DNA of 64,000 bases from Candidatus Iainarchaeum sp. (lineage in GTDB: Archaea; Iainarchaeota; Iainarchaeia; Iainarchaeales; GCA-2688035): assembly GCA_017610205.1 (NCBI GenBank), contig JAFCCL010000001.1, forward strand, positions 122,805 through 186,804, written 5' to 3'. This document shows positions 1 to 9,176 of the stretch, one piece after another. Made by a program: the position numbers and the translations under genes. The notes beneath the pieces are model-generated. The model saw only the letters and a program-made list of their open reading frames with translations, did not search any database and was not told the DNA's origin. Every line of letters begins with the position of its first letter. Position 1 is the first letter of the stretch.

Positions 1-464
1 AGCATTGTGTCATGAAAAGCCATTATTCCCTGCTCCCTGACTTTTGGAAACCATAATTCAAAATCCTGCTTTGCATGCTTGTAAGAATGGTCCCCGTCAA
101 TGAAAATAAGTGCAATTTCTTTTCCAAATTCTTTTGCGGCATCTTCAGAGGTTTTAACAACAGGCTTTACTAAATCAAATGCCTTTGCTGCCTTAAGGTT
201 TTGCTTAAATTCCTTAAAGCTGTTTCCCTGCGGCATCTCCGGCGAGCTTGTATGGGGGTCAATTGCAACAATCTTTTTTCTCTGTCCATCCTTGCTTCCT
301 TTTGCAAGCCATATGGTTGAACGGCCTTTCCAGCTTCCAATTTCTACAATTTCTCCATTTCCACTGCATTCCCTGGCAAGCCTGTACAAAAGAATTCCCT
401 CTGGCTTTGAAAGAAAACCAGGTGCCTTCATTGCCCATTTTTCAGCTTCCTTTAATGACATCAT
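1..464 (-). CDS. Class I SAM-dependent methyltransferase (Methyltransf_24-like), 3' end beyond the window
   Basis: Not in the ORF track. Manual translation gives MMSLKEAEKWAMKAPGFLSKPEG...EIVEIGSWKGRST...VAIDPH...IFIDGDHSYKHAKQDF...MAFHD. GTGAT RBS-like motif lies before the ATG. Confidence 0.85.
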   Translation of the reverse strand, partial: MMSLKEAEKWAMKAPGFLSKPEGILLYRLARECSGNGEIVEIGSWKGRSTIWLAKGSKDGQRKKIVAIDPHTSSPEMPQGNSFKEFKQNLKAAKAFDLVKPVVKTSEDAAKEFGKEIALIFIDGDHSYKHAKQDFELWFPKVREQGIMAFHDTM

Positions 465-540
465 ATCACTTTCATTAATTTTTTCATTAATTTAAAACAA
501 TTTTTCCTTCCTTTTTTTCCAATCAGTTTTGCTTTCTTAT

Positions 541-1467
541 TTAGAACAATTTTGCCTTCCTTTTCTTTCTTTGTTTCAAAACTTCCTGCCAGTTTGCAAT
601 ATTTTCCGCATATGTTCCAAGCAAGTGCATTGTCATTCCCTGTTCAAAACTGTTTAAAAAAATAAGTCCCAATCCAGGTACGTGTTTTGCCATATCACCC
701 AGGCTTAAATTGTAAAGCATTACTCTAATCCTATTTCTTTCAAGCAATTTGTACCTTGCAATTGCCTTGATGCTTTTTGTTGTGTCCTGCCCGCCAATAT
801 GGTAAACTCTGCTTGCATTTGTTTCAACTACCTTAAACCCGGCATTTCTTGCCCTGTAGCACCAGTCCTGTTCCTCTCCATAAATGGGTGACCAAAGCCT
901 TGCGTCAAGGTTTCCAACCCTCTTCAATGCTTTTTTCGAGTACATCATTGCCGCTCCGCACACAGCAAGCCTTTCCCTTACAACTTCCTGCCCTTTAAGT
1001 CCTTTCCCATAATTTTTTTTGCCAACAATAAGGCTTCCAACAGCACCAACCATTCCCTTTAGGTCTTCAGCTGCTTCAACAGCCTTTGAAAGCCATTTTT
1101 TTTCAACAAGGGTATCATTATCCAAATGGTAAATATACTTTCCCCTGCTTTCCTTAAACCCCTGGTTTACTCCGTTGCTATAGCCAACATTTTTTTTGTT
1201 CAAAACAAGCTTTTTTACAATTCTCCTGCGCTTCATTTCCTTTAACATCTTCACGCTTCCATCAGTACTTCCGTTGTCTACAACAATAATTTCATAATTT
1301 GGATAGCTTGTGTTTTTTTGAACAGACTTAATACAATCAGCAGTAAGCTTTTTTCCATTCATGTTCAAAAGCATTACGCTTACAAGCGTATTTGCAACCC
1401 TGCTTGAGTTTTTTGAACCCTTGCTTGTTTTTTTTGTACTTTTGCTTGATTTTTTTGCAGCACTCAT
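541..1467 (-). CDS. Family 2 glycosyltransferase
   Basis: IIVVDNGSTDGS, HLDND (DxD) and EEQDWCYR motifs; K/S-rich N-terminal extension. Confidence 0.92.
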   Translation of the reverse strand: MSAAKKSSKSTKKTSKGSKNSSRVANTLVSVMLLNMNGKKLTADCIKSVQKNTSYPNYEIIVVDNGSTDGSVKMLKEMKRRRIVKKLVLNKKNVGYSNGVNQGFKESRGKYIYHLDNDTLVEKKWLSKAVEAAEDLKGMVGAVGSLIVGKKNYGKGLKGQEVVRERLAVCGAAMMYSKKALKRVGNLDARLWSPIYGEEQDWCYRARNAGFKVVETNASRVYHIGGQDTTKSIKAIARYKLLERNRIRVMLYNLSLGDMAKHVPGLGLIFLNSFEQGMTMHLLGTYAENIANWQEVLKQRKKRKAKLF

Positions 1468-1964
1468 GTTTCTTCCTCCAAAAAGAGGGAAATTCTTTTT
1501 ATCAAGTTTTCCTTGTCTGACGAAAGCTCTGGCTTGAATGAAAAAGCCTGCAAAATTTGTTTCTCCAATTCCCTCGTGTCAAAAACTGTTTTTGCTTTGT
1601 TCTTTTTTTCAAGGGCTTTTGCAAGGTCAAGCTGGTGGTCGTTTGTGTGCTCTCCAAACTTTTTCAAACGAGGCACTATAATCAACGGCTTTTTGTTCAA
1701 AAATGCATTTATTATTGTGCCTGCTCCGCCATGGCTTAGCACTATGTCAGCCCACTGCATTTTTTCATCAAATTCTTTTCCTTTAACAAATTTTTTAAAA
1801 GCAAAATTCTTTGGCTTGTAATTTGAATTGCCTGTTTGTCCAAAAATTTTCCACTCGCTGTGCTTTGCTGCAACAATGTCAAGTTCTTTAAGTAAACGGT
1901 CAAAGGGCTGTGAATGTGTTCCGACGCTTGCAAATATTTTTTTCACACCATTTCCAATCGCCAT
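1464..1964 (-). CDS. Alg13/PssE-like glycosyltransferase catalytic subunit (GT28 C-terminal domain)
   Basis: FASVGTHSQPFDRL, LSHGGAGTI, VPRLKKFGEHTNDHQ. Confidence 0.9.
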   Translation of the reverse strand: MAIGNGVKKIFASVGTHSQPFDRLLKELDIVAAKHSEWKIFGQTGNSNYKPKNFAFKKFVKGKEFDEKMQWADIVLSHGGAGTIINAFLNKKPLIIVPRLKKFGEHTNDHQLDLAKALEKKNKAKTVFDTRELEKQILQAFSFKPELSSDKENLIKRISLFLEEET

Positions 1965-2416
1965 TAAAACACACCTCCTTCATATTCTGCTTTTGGAAAA
2001 AACTTTTTGTTCTCAGGCCATTGAACAAGAAACAGGTCGGCCTTTCCGTACATTAATTTTCCGCTGAGGCTTGGCTTTTTTATTCTGCAAAAGGACTCAA
2101 TAAACACAATTTTTTTTCCGAAAAATTTTGCAATAAGGCATGTTGGAATTGCGGTGTCTGCCCCTGTGCTTATAACTACTGTTGGTTTTTTCCAAAGGAA
2201 AAGCCACAGTGACTGTACAAAGTTTATTGCCAGATTGATTGGATTTCTTTTAGGGCATGAAACAAAAAATACTTTTTCTTTTTTTGCCAGGTCAATTGCA
2301 TTAAGCCTTTTGTCCGAAACAAAATAATGCGGTTTGCCCTGCCATGCTTTTTTAAGCTGAAGCAGCTCTGTCAAATGCCCTCCTGCACTGCAGGCAAGGC
2401 AGATTTTTTCCTGCAT
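1964..2416 (-). CDS. Alg14/PssD-like glycosyltransferase acceptor-binding subunit
   Basis: CSAGGHLTEL, ISTGAD, FIESFCR, FLVQW; ATG at 2416 follows an AGGTG RBS. Confidence 0.9.
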   Translation of the reverse strand: MQEKICLACSAGGHLTELLQLKKAWQGKPHYFVSDKRLNAIDLAKKEKVFFVSCPKRNPINLAINFVQSLWLFLWKKPTVVISTGADTAIPTCLIAKFFGKKIVFIESFCRIKKPSLSGKLMYGKADLFLVQWPENKKFFPKAEYEGGVF

Positions 2417-2425
2417 TAAAAACAC

Positions 2426-3463
2426 CTAAAAAAGCCTGAAGTATGAAATTGAAAATACTATTATGCTTAGTATTGCTTGTGCAAGCAAAATTATTTCAAC
2501 AACCTTTTTTTCAGTAAAGCGCCCTATTCCCATAATAATATGTGTTACGCTTGCAGTATATTTTGGAGCCTTTAAAATTCCTGATTTTGTTGGAATTCCA
2601 AAACTTTGCCTTTGCATTCTGTATCTTGCCTTAAGCACTAGCTCAATAAAGTAAATTCCTAAAAGCAATATTCCTATTTTTTCCATGTTTCCCAAAATTG
2701 CTGTTGTTGCAATACTTGCCCCAATCATCAAAGTAAGCGAGTCGCCTCCAAACACTTTTGCCGGGAACCAATTAAATCGAAGGAATGCTATTAGTGCACC
2801 AAGCATTGCAATTGAAACAATCGCTGCCTCCATTTGTCCCTGAGTTAAGGCAACTGCGAGCATTGTGGTAGAAATTATTGCACCAAGTCCTGCTTCAAGC
2901 CCGTTTAAACCAGCAAGCATGTTTGTTGCATTGCTTGCTCCGGTAACTCCTATTGGGACAAAAATAAGGCTGTAAATTAACCCAAAGCTTACCACTCCAA
3001 TAAAAGGTATTACAATTTCTGCTGGTGCAAAGCCAAAAAACGGAATTGATATTGGAGGATTGCTTATTTCTATTGCCATAAGTGGCAATGCTGCAAAGAC
3101 AGGTATGAGAGCATGCTGCCATTGTCTTATGCCCTTTCTCCATCCTATAAGGTCGTCAATTACTCCCAAAAATCCAACCATTACAATTGTGCTAAATCCT
3201 GCAAGCAAAAAGGTCAGGTTTATTTCAATCCATTCAAGGTATGAAAACATAAAAATGCTTACAATAATTCCCGCACTAAAGCCAAGCCAGACACATATTC
3301 CGCCCATTTCCGAAATTTTGGGCTTGTTAAACTTGTTCATGTCAATGCCGGTAATATGCCTTGCCTTCATTCTTGCAATTAAAAACGGCAAAAATTTGTT
3401 TGTTACAATAAATGCTACAAAAAAACACAAAAGCAGTGTTGCAATAACAGCAGGCATAGGCAT
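2426..3463 (-). CDS. aglH: UDP-GlcNAc:dolichyl-phosphate GlcNAc-1-phosphotransferase (AglH/Alg7, MraY-like)
   Basis: Multi-TM protein; EMGG, GVIDD, NATNMLAGLNGLEAG and FPAKVFGGDS motifs. Confidence 0.88.
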   Translation of the reverse strand: MPMPAVIATLLLCFFVAFIVTNKFLPFLIARMKARHITGIDMNKFNKPKISEMGGICVWLGFSAGIIVSIFMFSYLEWIEINLTFLLAGFSTIVMVGFLGVIDDLIGWRKGIRQWQHALIPVFAALPLMAIEISNPPISIPFFGFAPAEIVIPFIGVVSFGLIYSLIFVPIGVTGASNATNMLAGLNGLEAGLGAIISTTMLAVALTQGQMEAAIVSIAMLGALIAFLRFNWFPAKVFGGDSLTLMIGASIATTAILGNMEKIGILLLGIYFIELVLKARYRMQRQSFGIPTKSGILKAPKYTASVTHIIMGIGRFTEKKVVEIILLAQAILSIIVFSISYFRLF

Positions 3464-3549
3464 AATTAATCAGCTTTAAGGATTTAAAAAGAAACCATTC
3501 TATTTTTGTAACAACCCAAAGCACATTTTTTCAGCAAAAAAGCCATTGC

Positions 3550-5682
3550 CTAATTTGCATAAAGTGCTTCTTTGTTTACCTTGAATATTCTCATTCCGGC
3601 TGCATTAAAAACTTCGCCAAAGTATTTCATTGTCTCATCTTCGTGGAACCAAAGCTTTGAAAGCATGCTTTCGTTTACAGCAGGATTTGTAATATAAAGC
3701 TCTGAATTGTCCTCTGCTCTATAAACATACAATGGAACAACTCCCTCATACATCTGGTTTGAAACACTTGTCCATTTTGCAGGAATAGTTCCCATTTGAT
3801 CTGCAGGAATATTATTTGTTCCACATGCAAACCCTGCTTCGCTTTGACTGCAAGGCATTGCAGCATGCGGTGCAACAAGGAATTGTATTATGCGAGGGTC
3901 GCTGCTGTCCATTGTATCATACCCATAATTTCCAAAAGACCCGATTTTGAGGAATGTATCACTGTCAAGTACGATATAATCAAAATCATAGTCTCTTGCA
4001 ATTTTTAACGCATTTTCAAGGCTGCTTTCAATAACAAAAAGTGAAAAGTCGCGGTTTCCCTCAAAACTCATATTCCTGTTATCAGCAGAAACCGCCCTTT
4101 CTCCAATAAAACTAATCCAATGCCCTTCATCCCACCAGTTGAAAAATTTTGCATCCTCAGGAGTGTTTGCAGGGTCCTGCATCCAGTGCAGTGTTGCCTT
4201 CCAGTCAGGATAACCGCCTTCAATGTGCGGAACCTTGTCTGGCACAAAAATTGTAGCAGAAGCAATTCCAACCAAAAGCATAAAGCCAAGGCAAAGCACA
4301 ACAAGCTTTTGCTCAAGGTCTGTTCTTCCTTTAAGGTAATAAAACATTTCTGCAGCAATCACACCAGCAGCTGCCGCTATTGGCAGGCCAAAAGTGTAAG
4401 TGAATTTGAGCTTGTACCACGCCATAAAAAAAGTAATCATTATCCAAAAGAAAATCAAGACACTAAGATGGTCTTTTTTGTTCCTGTAAAACATTATTGG
4501 AATCAAAATCATTGCAAGCCATGGGAAAATAATTAATGCATTATATTTTATTCCAAAAAACTGGTGGCCGGTGTTTTCCTCCCCAACAGTCATTCCAAGA
4601 ACCGAGTTTTCCTCAAACAATTTCGGGGTTGTCATAAAAGTAAGAGCCAGTGAAATTACTGCAATATAAAGCAAAACAACTGCAATAATATTAATTGTTT
4701 TATTTCCTGATTTTCTTTTGCCAACCTCCCTGTTTGCATAAGCAAGATACACTATAAATGCTCCGATTGCAAGAACAACTGCGACTGCTGCCGAAAAACC
4801 CATTGCTTCAGGCATTCCAAAAGCCGCTGCCGCCTTTGAAACAGAATTTGTTGCATAACTCAAAGCACTAGTATGCCAGTTTGCGCCATAATTTAATGCA
4901 GCAATTACCCAAAAAATAACAAAAGAAATTGCAAAAAGCTTAACAAAATCAACAAGCTTTTTGAAACCCATTTTTGTATAAATCCCAATCACACCAAAGA
5001 AAACATAAAGCCCTAATACCAGAGGGATAAGCAAGTACATATCCCAGGTTATTGCCATTAATCCAAAGAAAATTCCAGAAAGCACTGCATTAATTATTCC
5101 CTTTTTATTAAACACAGGATTCTTAACTGCTCTTGCAAAGAAAACCAATCCAATCACAAGCCACAAAAACCCAAGGCTGTCTTCTTCAAAAAAACCTGCA
5201 AGCGTTCTGTAAACATAGCTTGGAATAACAGCCGCAATCAAGGCCATTACATAGCCTGCTTTTTTGTTGTAAAGTTCCTTTCCAAAGAAAAACATTGCAG
5301 CAACAGTTAATGCCCCAAAAAGAGCCGGCAAAATTTTAACAAACAATATCCAGGTGTCCTTATCATAAGGCGCTCCCAAAGTTGCAACCTTATAAATGCC
5401 TGCAGTAAACTGCCAAAAGAACTGGTTTCTTGGAGGAGCAACTCCTCCTTCAACAAAATAATATGCAGTTGGATCAACAGCAGGAACAACCCCTGTTTGC
5501 AAAAGCTCTCCAGTCATCCTTGCATGGTAATAGGAATCAAAACCAAACATATACTCATACTTTAAAAGATGCCCTCTTACGCCAAAAGCAAGAGCAAAAA
5601 TCAAAAAAAGCAGAAAAAGCTGTTTTCTGTCAACATTCTTTATTTTGCCAACAATGTCAGATGCATTAACAAGCTCAGGCAT
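3550..5682 (-). CDS. aglB: Oligosaccharyltransferase AglB (STT3 family)
   Basis: FDSYYHAR, EED, TVGEE and WWDEG (WWDYG variant) motifs; multi-TM N-terminal half; likely start MPELVN. Confidence 0.93.
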   Translation of the reverse strand: MPELVNASDIVGKIKNVDRKQLFLLFLIFALAFGVRGHLLKYEYMFGFDSYYHARMTGELLQTGVVPAVDPTAYYFVEGGVAPPRNQFFWQFTAGIYKVATLGAPYDKDTWILFVKILPALFGALTVAAMFFFGKELYNKKAGYVMALIAAVIPSYVYRTLAGFFEEDSLGFLWLVIGLVFFARAVKNPVFNKKGIINAVLSGIFFGLMAITWDMYLLIPLVLGLYVFFGVIGIYTKMGFKKLVDFVKLFAISFVIFWVIAALNYGANWHTSALSYATNSVSKAAAAFGMPEAMGFSAAVAVVLAIGAFIVYLAYANREVGKRKSGNKTINIIAVVLLYIAVISLALTFMTTPKLFEENSVLGMTVGEENTGHQFFGIKYNALIIFPWLAMILIPIMFYRNKKDHLSVLIFFWIMITFFMAWYKLKFTYTFGLPIAAAAGVIAAEMFYYLKGRTDLEQKLVVLCLGFMLLVGIASATIFVPDKVPHIEGGYPDWKATLHWMQDPANTPEDAKFFNWWDEGHWISFIGERAVSADNRNMSFEGNRDFSLFVIESSLENALKIARDYDFDYIVLDSDTFLKIGSFGNYGYDTMDSSDPRIIQFLVAPHAAMPCSQSEAGFACGTNNIPADQMGTIPAKWTSVSNQMYEGVVPLYVYRAEDNSELYITNPAVNESMLSKLWFHEDETMKYFGEVFNAAGMRIFKVNKEALYAN

Positions 5683-5762
5683 TCTAGGTTCCCTCAATAA
5701 AAAAAAGAGCAATAACTTTAAATAAGAAACTAAAAACTAGCATTTGCTTTAAACAGTATTAA

Positions 5763-6530
5763 TTATTTCTTCTTTGCGTCTTTGCCGGCATCTTTTCCTT
5801 TCTCTTCCTTTCCAGCTTCCTTCTTGCCGTCTTCTTTTCCTGTATCCTTTCCTTCTTCTTTCTTGCCAGCGTCCTTACCTTTGCCTTCGCCTTCCTTGCC
5901 TTTTGCGTCCTTGTCTTCGCTTTCTTTACCCTTGGCTTCTTCTGCTGCCTTCTTCTCTTCCTTAATCATATCCCTTGTTTTCTTAGGTCTTGTTCCAATG
6001 CTTTTGACATCTGTGCCAACACTAATGCTTACTCCAAGGCCCAGTTTTGAATTAGCCCTTCTCAAAGCAGTTTTTGCAACTTCAATGTGTTCCTTGTCAA
6101 CCAAAACAGAAATAATCTTTTGACCAGGCCTTACTCTAACAGCCCTGCCAATATTTTTTCCAAAAGCGTGGCTCATTCCCTGCGAAACACGGTCTGCTCC
6201 AGCACCCTGTGCAAGCTTGTTTTCCCTCAAAACCTGAAATGGATAAACCCTAATTTTCATAAAATAGCCATCCTTGCCAACATTTTTGTTCAAAACCCTG
6301 TTAATTGCCATTCTAATACTTTCAATTGCATTGTCCCTAATCTGACCATGGGCTTCTACTTTAAGGTCAAGAATGTGCGAAAATTCTTTTACTCCATTTC
6401 CCATATTAAACTGCCTGGTTCTAATTCCAGGAATTGCACCAACAAAACTCTTCCTATGATTCTTAACCGCGTAACGCGTAAACGCCCTGTCTTCCTTGCT
6501 GTTATAGCAGTGCCCTGGCCTCAAACCCAT
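5763..6530 (-). CDS. rpl10e: 50S ribosomal protein uL16 (L10e) with a long K/E/G/D C-terminal tail
   Basis: MGLRPGHCY, IRVYPFQVLRENK, AGADRVSQGMSHAFGK. Confidence 0.95.
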   Translation of the reverse strand: MGLRPGHCYNSKEDRAFTRYAVKNHRKSFVGAIPGIRTRQFNMGNGVKEFSHILDLKVEAHGQIRDNAIESIRMAINRVLNKNVGKDGYFMKIRVYPFQVLRENKLAQGAGADRVSQGMSHAFGKNIGRAVRVRPGQKIISVLVDKEHIEVAKTALRRANSKLGLGVSISVGTDVKSIGTRPKKTRDMIKEEKKAAEEAKGKESEDKDAKGKEGEGKGKDAGKKEEGKDTGKEDGKKEAGKEEKGKDAGKDAKKK

Positions 6531-6731
6531 TCAAATCACTTTTAAAAAAAAATAACAAAATCCAAAAAAATAGGATTTCAACACAAATAATAGCCCAAGA
6601 AAAGCTTTAAAAAGCTTGAGTGAACACCCTCAAGCAAAATCTTACCCAAACATAAAAGATTTATCCAACTATAGAATAATTTTGCCCCCAATAAAACATT
6701 TATTAAACAATTAAAAGAATAATACAATTAT

Positions 6732-7895
6732 ATGCAATACATTTTCATTACCGGCAGAAACCCAGAACTTGCCCTTGCAGAAGCACTTTCATTGCTTGAA
6801 AAACAAAACATTAACGCAATTCCCTCAACCCCCAAAACAAACGCATTCCTTCTTGACACCAGTAAAGGAATTGACACAAAACAAATTCTTCCAATGCTTG
6901 GAGGAACAATTGCAATAGGAAAAATTTTGTGCACAGGAAACCTTTCCAAAATAAAAAATTTCATTGAAACAGAAGAAGTATACTTTGGGCAAAAAAACAA
7001 ATTCCTATATTCCTGCCTTAACTTTGCCAGCGAAGACAGCCTTAACACAATACTTGGCGCACTCAAGCAAAAATTCAGAAAAGAAAAAACCAAGGCAAGA
7101 TTCAAGTCCGCAAGAGGCACAATCTTAATGCAGTCAGGCAAAGTTGTAGCAGGCACTCCCTCAAAAATTTCAGCAGCAGACACAACCTATTTTCTCTTCA
7201 AAAACAACAACTATTCATTCGGCTTTGTTCAGGCATTCTCGGATTCAAAAGAAACCGAAGCAAGGGACATGGGCAAGCCAGTAAGACGGGAACAATTTGC
7301 AATCTCCCCACGGCTTGCAAAAATCCTTGTAAATCTTTCCCAAACAAACCAAGGGAAAACACTGCTTGACCCATTCTGTGGAATTGGAGTAATCCTGCAA
7401 GAGGCAATACTGCAAGGAATTAACGTTGTTGGAGTTGACTTAAATTTAACAGCCACAACCGGTGCCAAAAAAAACATTGAGTGGATTAAGAAAAAATATC
7501 ATGCAAAAGCAACGTCTGAAATTTTTACAGGAGATTCGCGCAAAACATCTCTGCAAAACATTGCCGGAATTGCAACAGAACCATCTCTTGGAAAACTTCT
7601 TAAAAAAATTCCCTCAAAAAAACAGGCAATACAAATGCAGTTTCGCTTTGAAAACCTAATGATTGAAGTTCTAAACAATACAAAAAATTCGCTTGTTTCA
7701 AACGCAAAAATTGCTTTTACCGCCCCATACATTAACACCGGCAAAAGCAGGTTTGGCTGCAGCATTCAAAAAATCTGCAACAGCACAGGCCTTCAAATCC
7801 ACGCACTTAAAACCCAAAAGTCAAAGTTTCCTGTTTGCGACTTTCGGCCAAATCAAATAGTCGGAAGGGAAATCTTTGTGCTGGAAAAAAAGTAA
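6732..7895 (+). CDS. Trm11/UPF0020-like RNA methyltransferase
   Basis: RDMGKP...ISPRLAKILVNL, LLDPFCGIGVIL, ATEP. Confidence 0.75.
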   Translation: MQYIFITGRNPELALAEALSLLEKQNINAIPSTPKTNAFLLDTSKGIDTKQILPMLGGTIAIGKILCTGNLSKIKNFIETEEVYFGQKNKFLYSCLNFASEDSLNTILGALKQKFRKEKTKARFKSARGTILMQSGKVVAGTPSKISAADTTYFLFKNNNYSFGFVQAFSDSKETEARDMGKPVRREQFAISPRLAKILVNLSQTNQGKTLLDPFCGIGVILQEAILQGINVVGVDLNLTATTGAKKNIEWIKKKYHAKATSEIFTGDSRKTSLQNIAGIATEPSLGKLLKKIPSKKQAIQMQFRFENLMIEVLNNTKNSLVSNAKIAFTAPYINTGKSRFGCSIQKICNSTGLQIHALKTQKSKFPVCDFRPNQIVGREIFVLEKK

Positions 7896-7909
7896 AAGAA
7901 ATTGAAAAC

Positions 7910-8028
7910 GATTAGCAGCTTTAAGACCGCTCCAAGCAAAAACTCAGTGCAAAACCTTTTCCCCGCAGGTCTTAACTTCCGGGTTCGAGATGGGACCGGG
8001 TGTTTCCCCTGTAGCATGGCCGCTAATC
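7910..8028 (-). rRNA. rrf: 5S rRNA (solitary)
   Basis: Minus strand reads GAUUAGCGGCCAU...GAAACACCCGGUCCCAUCUCGAACCCGGAAGUUAAG...GCUGCUAAUC with complementary ends, about 119 nt; TTTAAA box about 25 nt upstream. Confidence 0.9.
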
Positions 8029-8073
8029 AATTAGTATTGGGTTTGCTAAGCTTTAAATAGCTTGCTTTTTGCT

Positions 8074-8493
8074 TTAAAACTCTCTGTAGCGGGCATTTCC
8101 AGCGTGGCCAAAAACATCCAGCAAAAGGCTTTTGTTTGAGCCAAAATGTGATCTTTTAACATTTACTTTTTCTTTTCCGAGATTGGCTTCAATCCTATTT
8201 AAGGCAGATAATCCTTTCTCAGAGCCAGCTATCTTGTTTGACAAGTGTGCAAAAGGCACAAGCACTACATTTTCACTTCCGACTTCTTTGCACATTTTGA
8301 TAATTTCTTCAGCAAGACCTTTTGCAACAAGAATTGGCTCGTCTTTTTTTTCAACGGTTACAAATGCAACAATGCAATCATTGCATTCCTGCTTTTGGTC
8401 TTTCAAAGCCTCTGGTTTTATTTTAGCTGGCCTGTTGGAGAATGAATCAAACTCGGTCATATAGTGCTTGCAGTGAAAGAGAAGGGTTCTCAC
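8074..8493 (-). CDS. Stand-alone archaeal threonyl-tRNA synthetase editing domain
   Basis: GTG start then RTLLFHC...AFVTVEKKD...VPFAHLS...SHFG...GH; GTGAT RBS overlaps the TBP stop. Confidence 0.8.
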   Translation of the reverse strand: MRTLLFHCKHYMTEFDSFSNRPAKIKPEALKDQKQECNDCIVAFVTVEKKDEPILVAKGLAEEIIKMCKEVGSENVVLVPFAHLSNKIAGSEKGLSALNRIEANLGKEKVNVKRSHFGSNKSLLLDVFGHAGNARYREF

Positions 8494-8497
8494 AAAA

Positions 8498-9103
8498 TCA
8501 CTTATTTTTTTTCTTTCCTGGCTTTTTTGCTGCAGATTTTTTTTTTGCTGGCTTTTTTGCAACCTTTTTCTTCTTGCCAATAACTAATTCCTCTGCAACC
8601 TTTAGGCCCTTTCTCAAAAGGCTTTCCCTTTTTGCACCTGCACAAATCATTTTGCCGTTTTTGAACAGCAAGAGCGTGAGCTTTGGGTCGGCAATTCTTA
8701 GGATTGCTCCTGGAAACTGTTCTGGCTCATACTCTACGTTGTCCAAATCCATTGCTGTTTGAAACAAGTCAAGGTTTTGGTTCAGGTTTGCTGTTGCAAC
8801 CAAATTCACAACATTGTACTTTACAGTTTTTTGAATCTTTACCTGTTTTTGAATTCCGTGAATTAGCTTGCTTGCCTTTCTAATAGCCTGTGCAATCTGC
8901 TTTTCGCTGCTTGCACCGCTGCAAATAACCTTTCCGTTTTTGAACAAAAGCATTGAAACTTTTGGCTCCTTCAGTTTCAAAATTGCTCCAGGAAACTGCT
9001 CTGGCTCATACTCAATATTTGGAATGCTCACAGCTAAATTATATAAGTCAAGTGTGGCATTCAAATTGGATGAGGCAACCAAATTCACAATAGTATACTT
9101 CAT
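8498..9103 (-). CDS. tbp: TATA-binding protein
   Basis: Two direct repeats of VNLVA...EYEPEQFPGAIL...LLFKNGKxICxGA. Confidence 0.97.
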   Translation of the reverse strand: MKYTIVNLVASSNLNATLDLYNLAVSIPNIEYEPEQFPGAILKLKEPKVSMLLFKNGKVICSGASSEKQIAQAIRKASKLIHGIQKQVKIQKTVKYNVVNLVATANLNQNLDLFQTAMDLDNVEYEPEQFPGAILRIADPKLTLLLFKNGKMICAGAKRESLLRKGLKVAEELVIGKKKKVAKKPAKKKSAAKKPGKKKNK

Positions 9104-9176
9104 AAGGCATCAACTCCAGTGGTTCCAACCCAAAAAAAGGCCTTTATAAACCATTAATAAAAGGGTTTCGGAAGGT

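Noticed and set aside
1964-3463. aglH TAG is in frame with alg14, suggesting a readthrough fusion
   Set aside because: The TAG overlaps a normal AGGTG RBS in front of the alg14 ATG; being in frame has a 1-in-3 chance.
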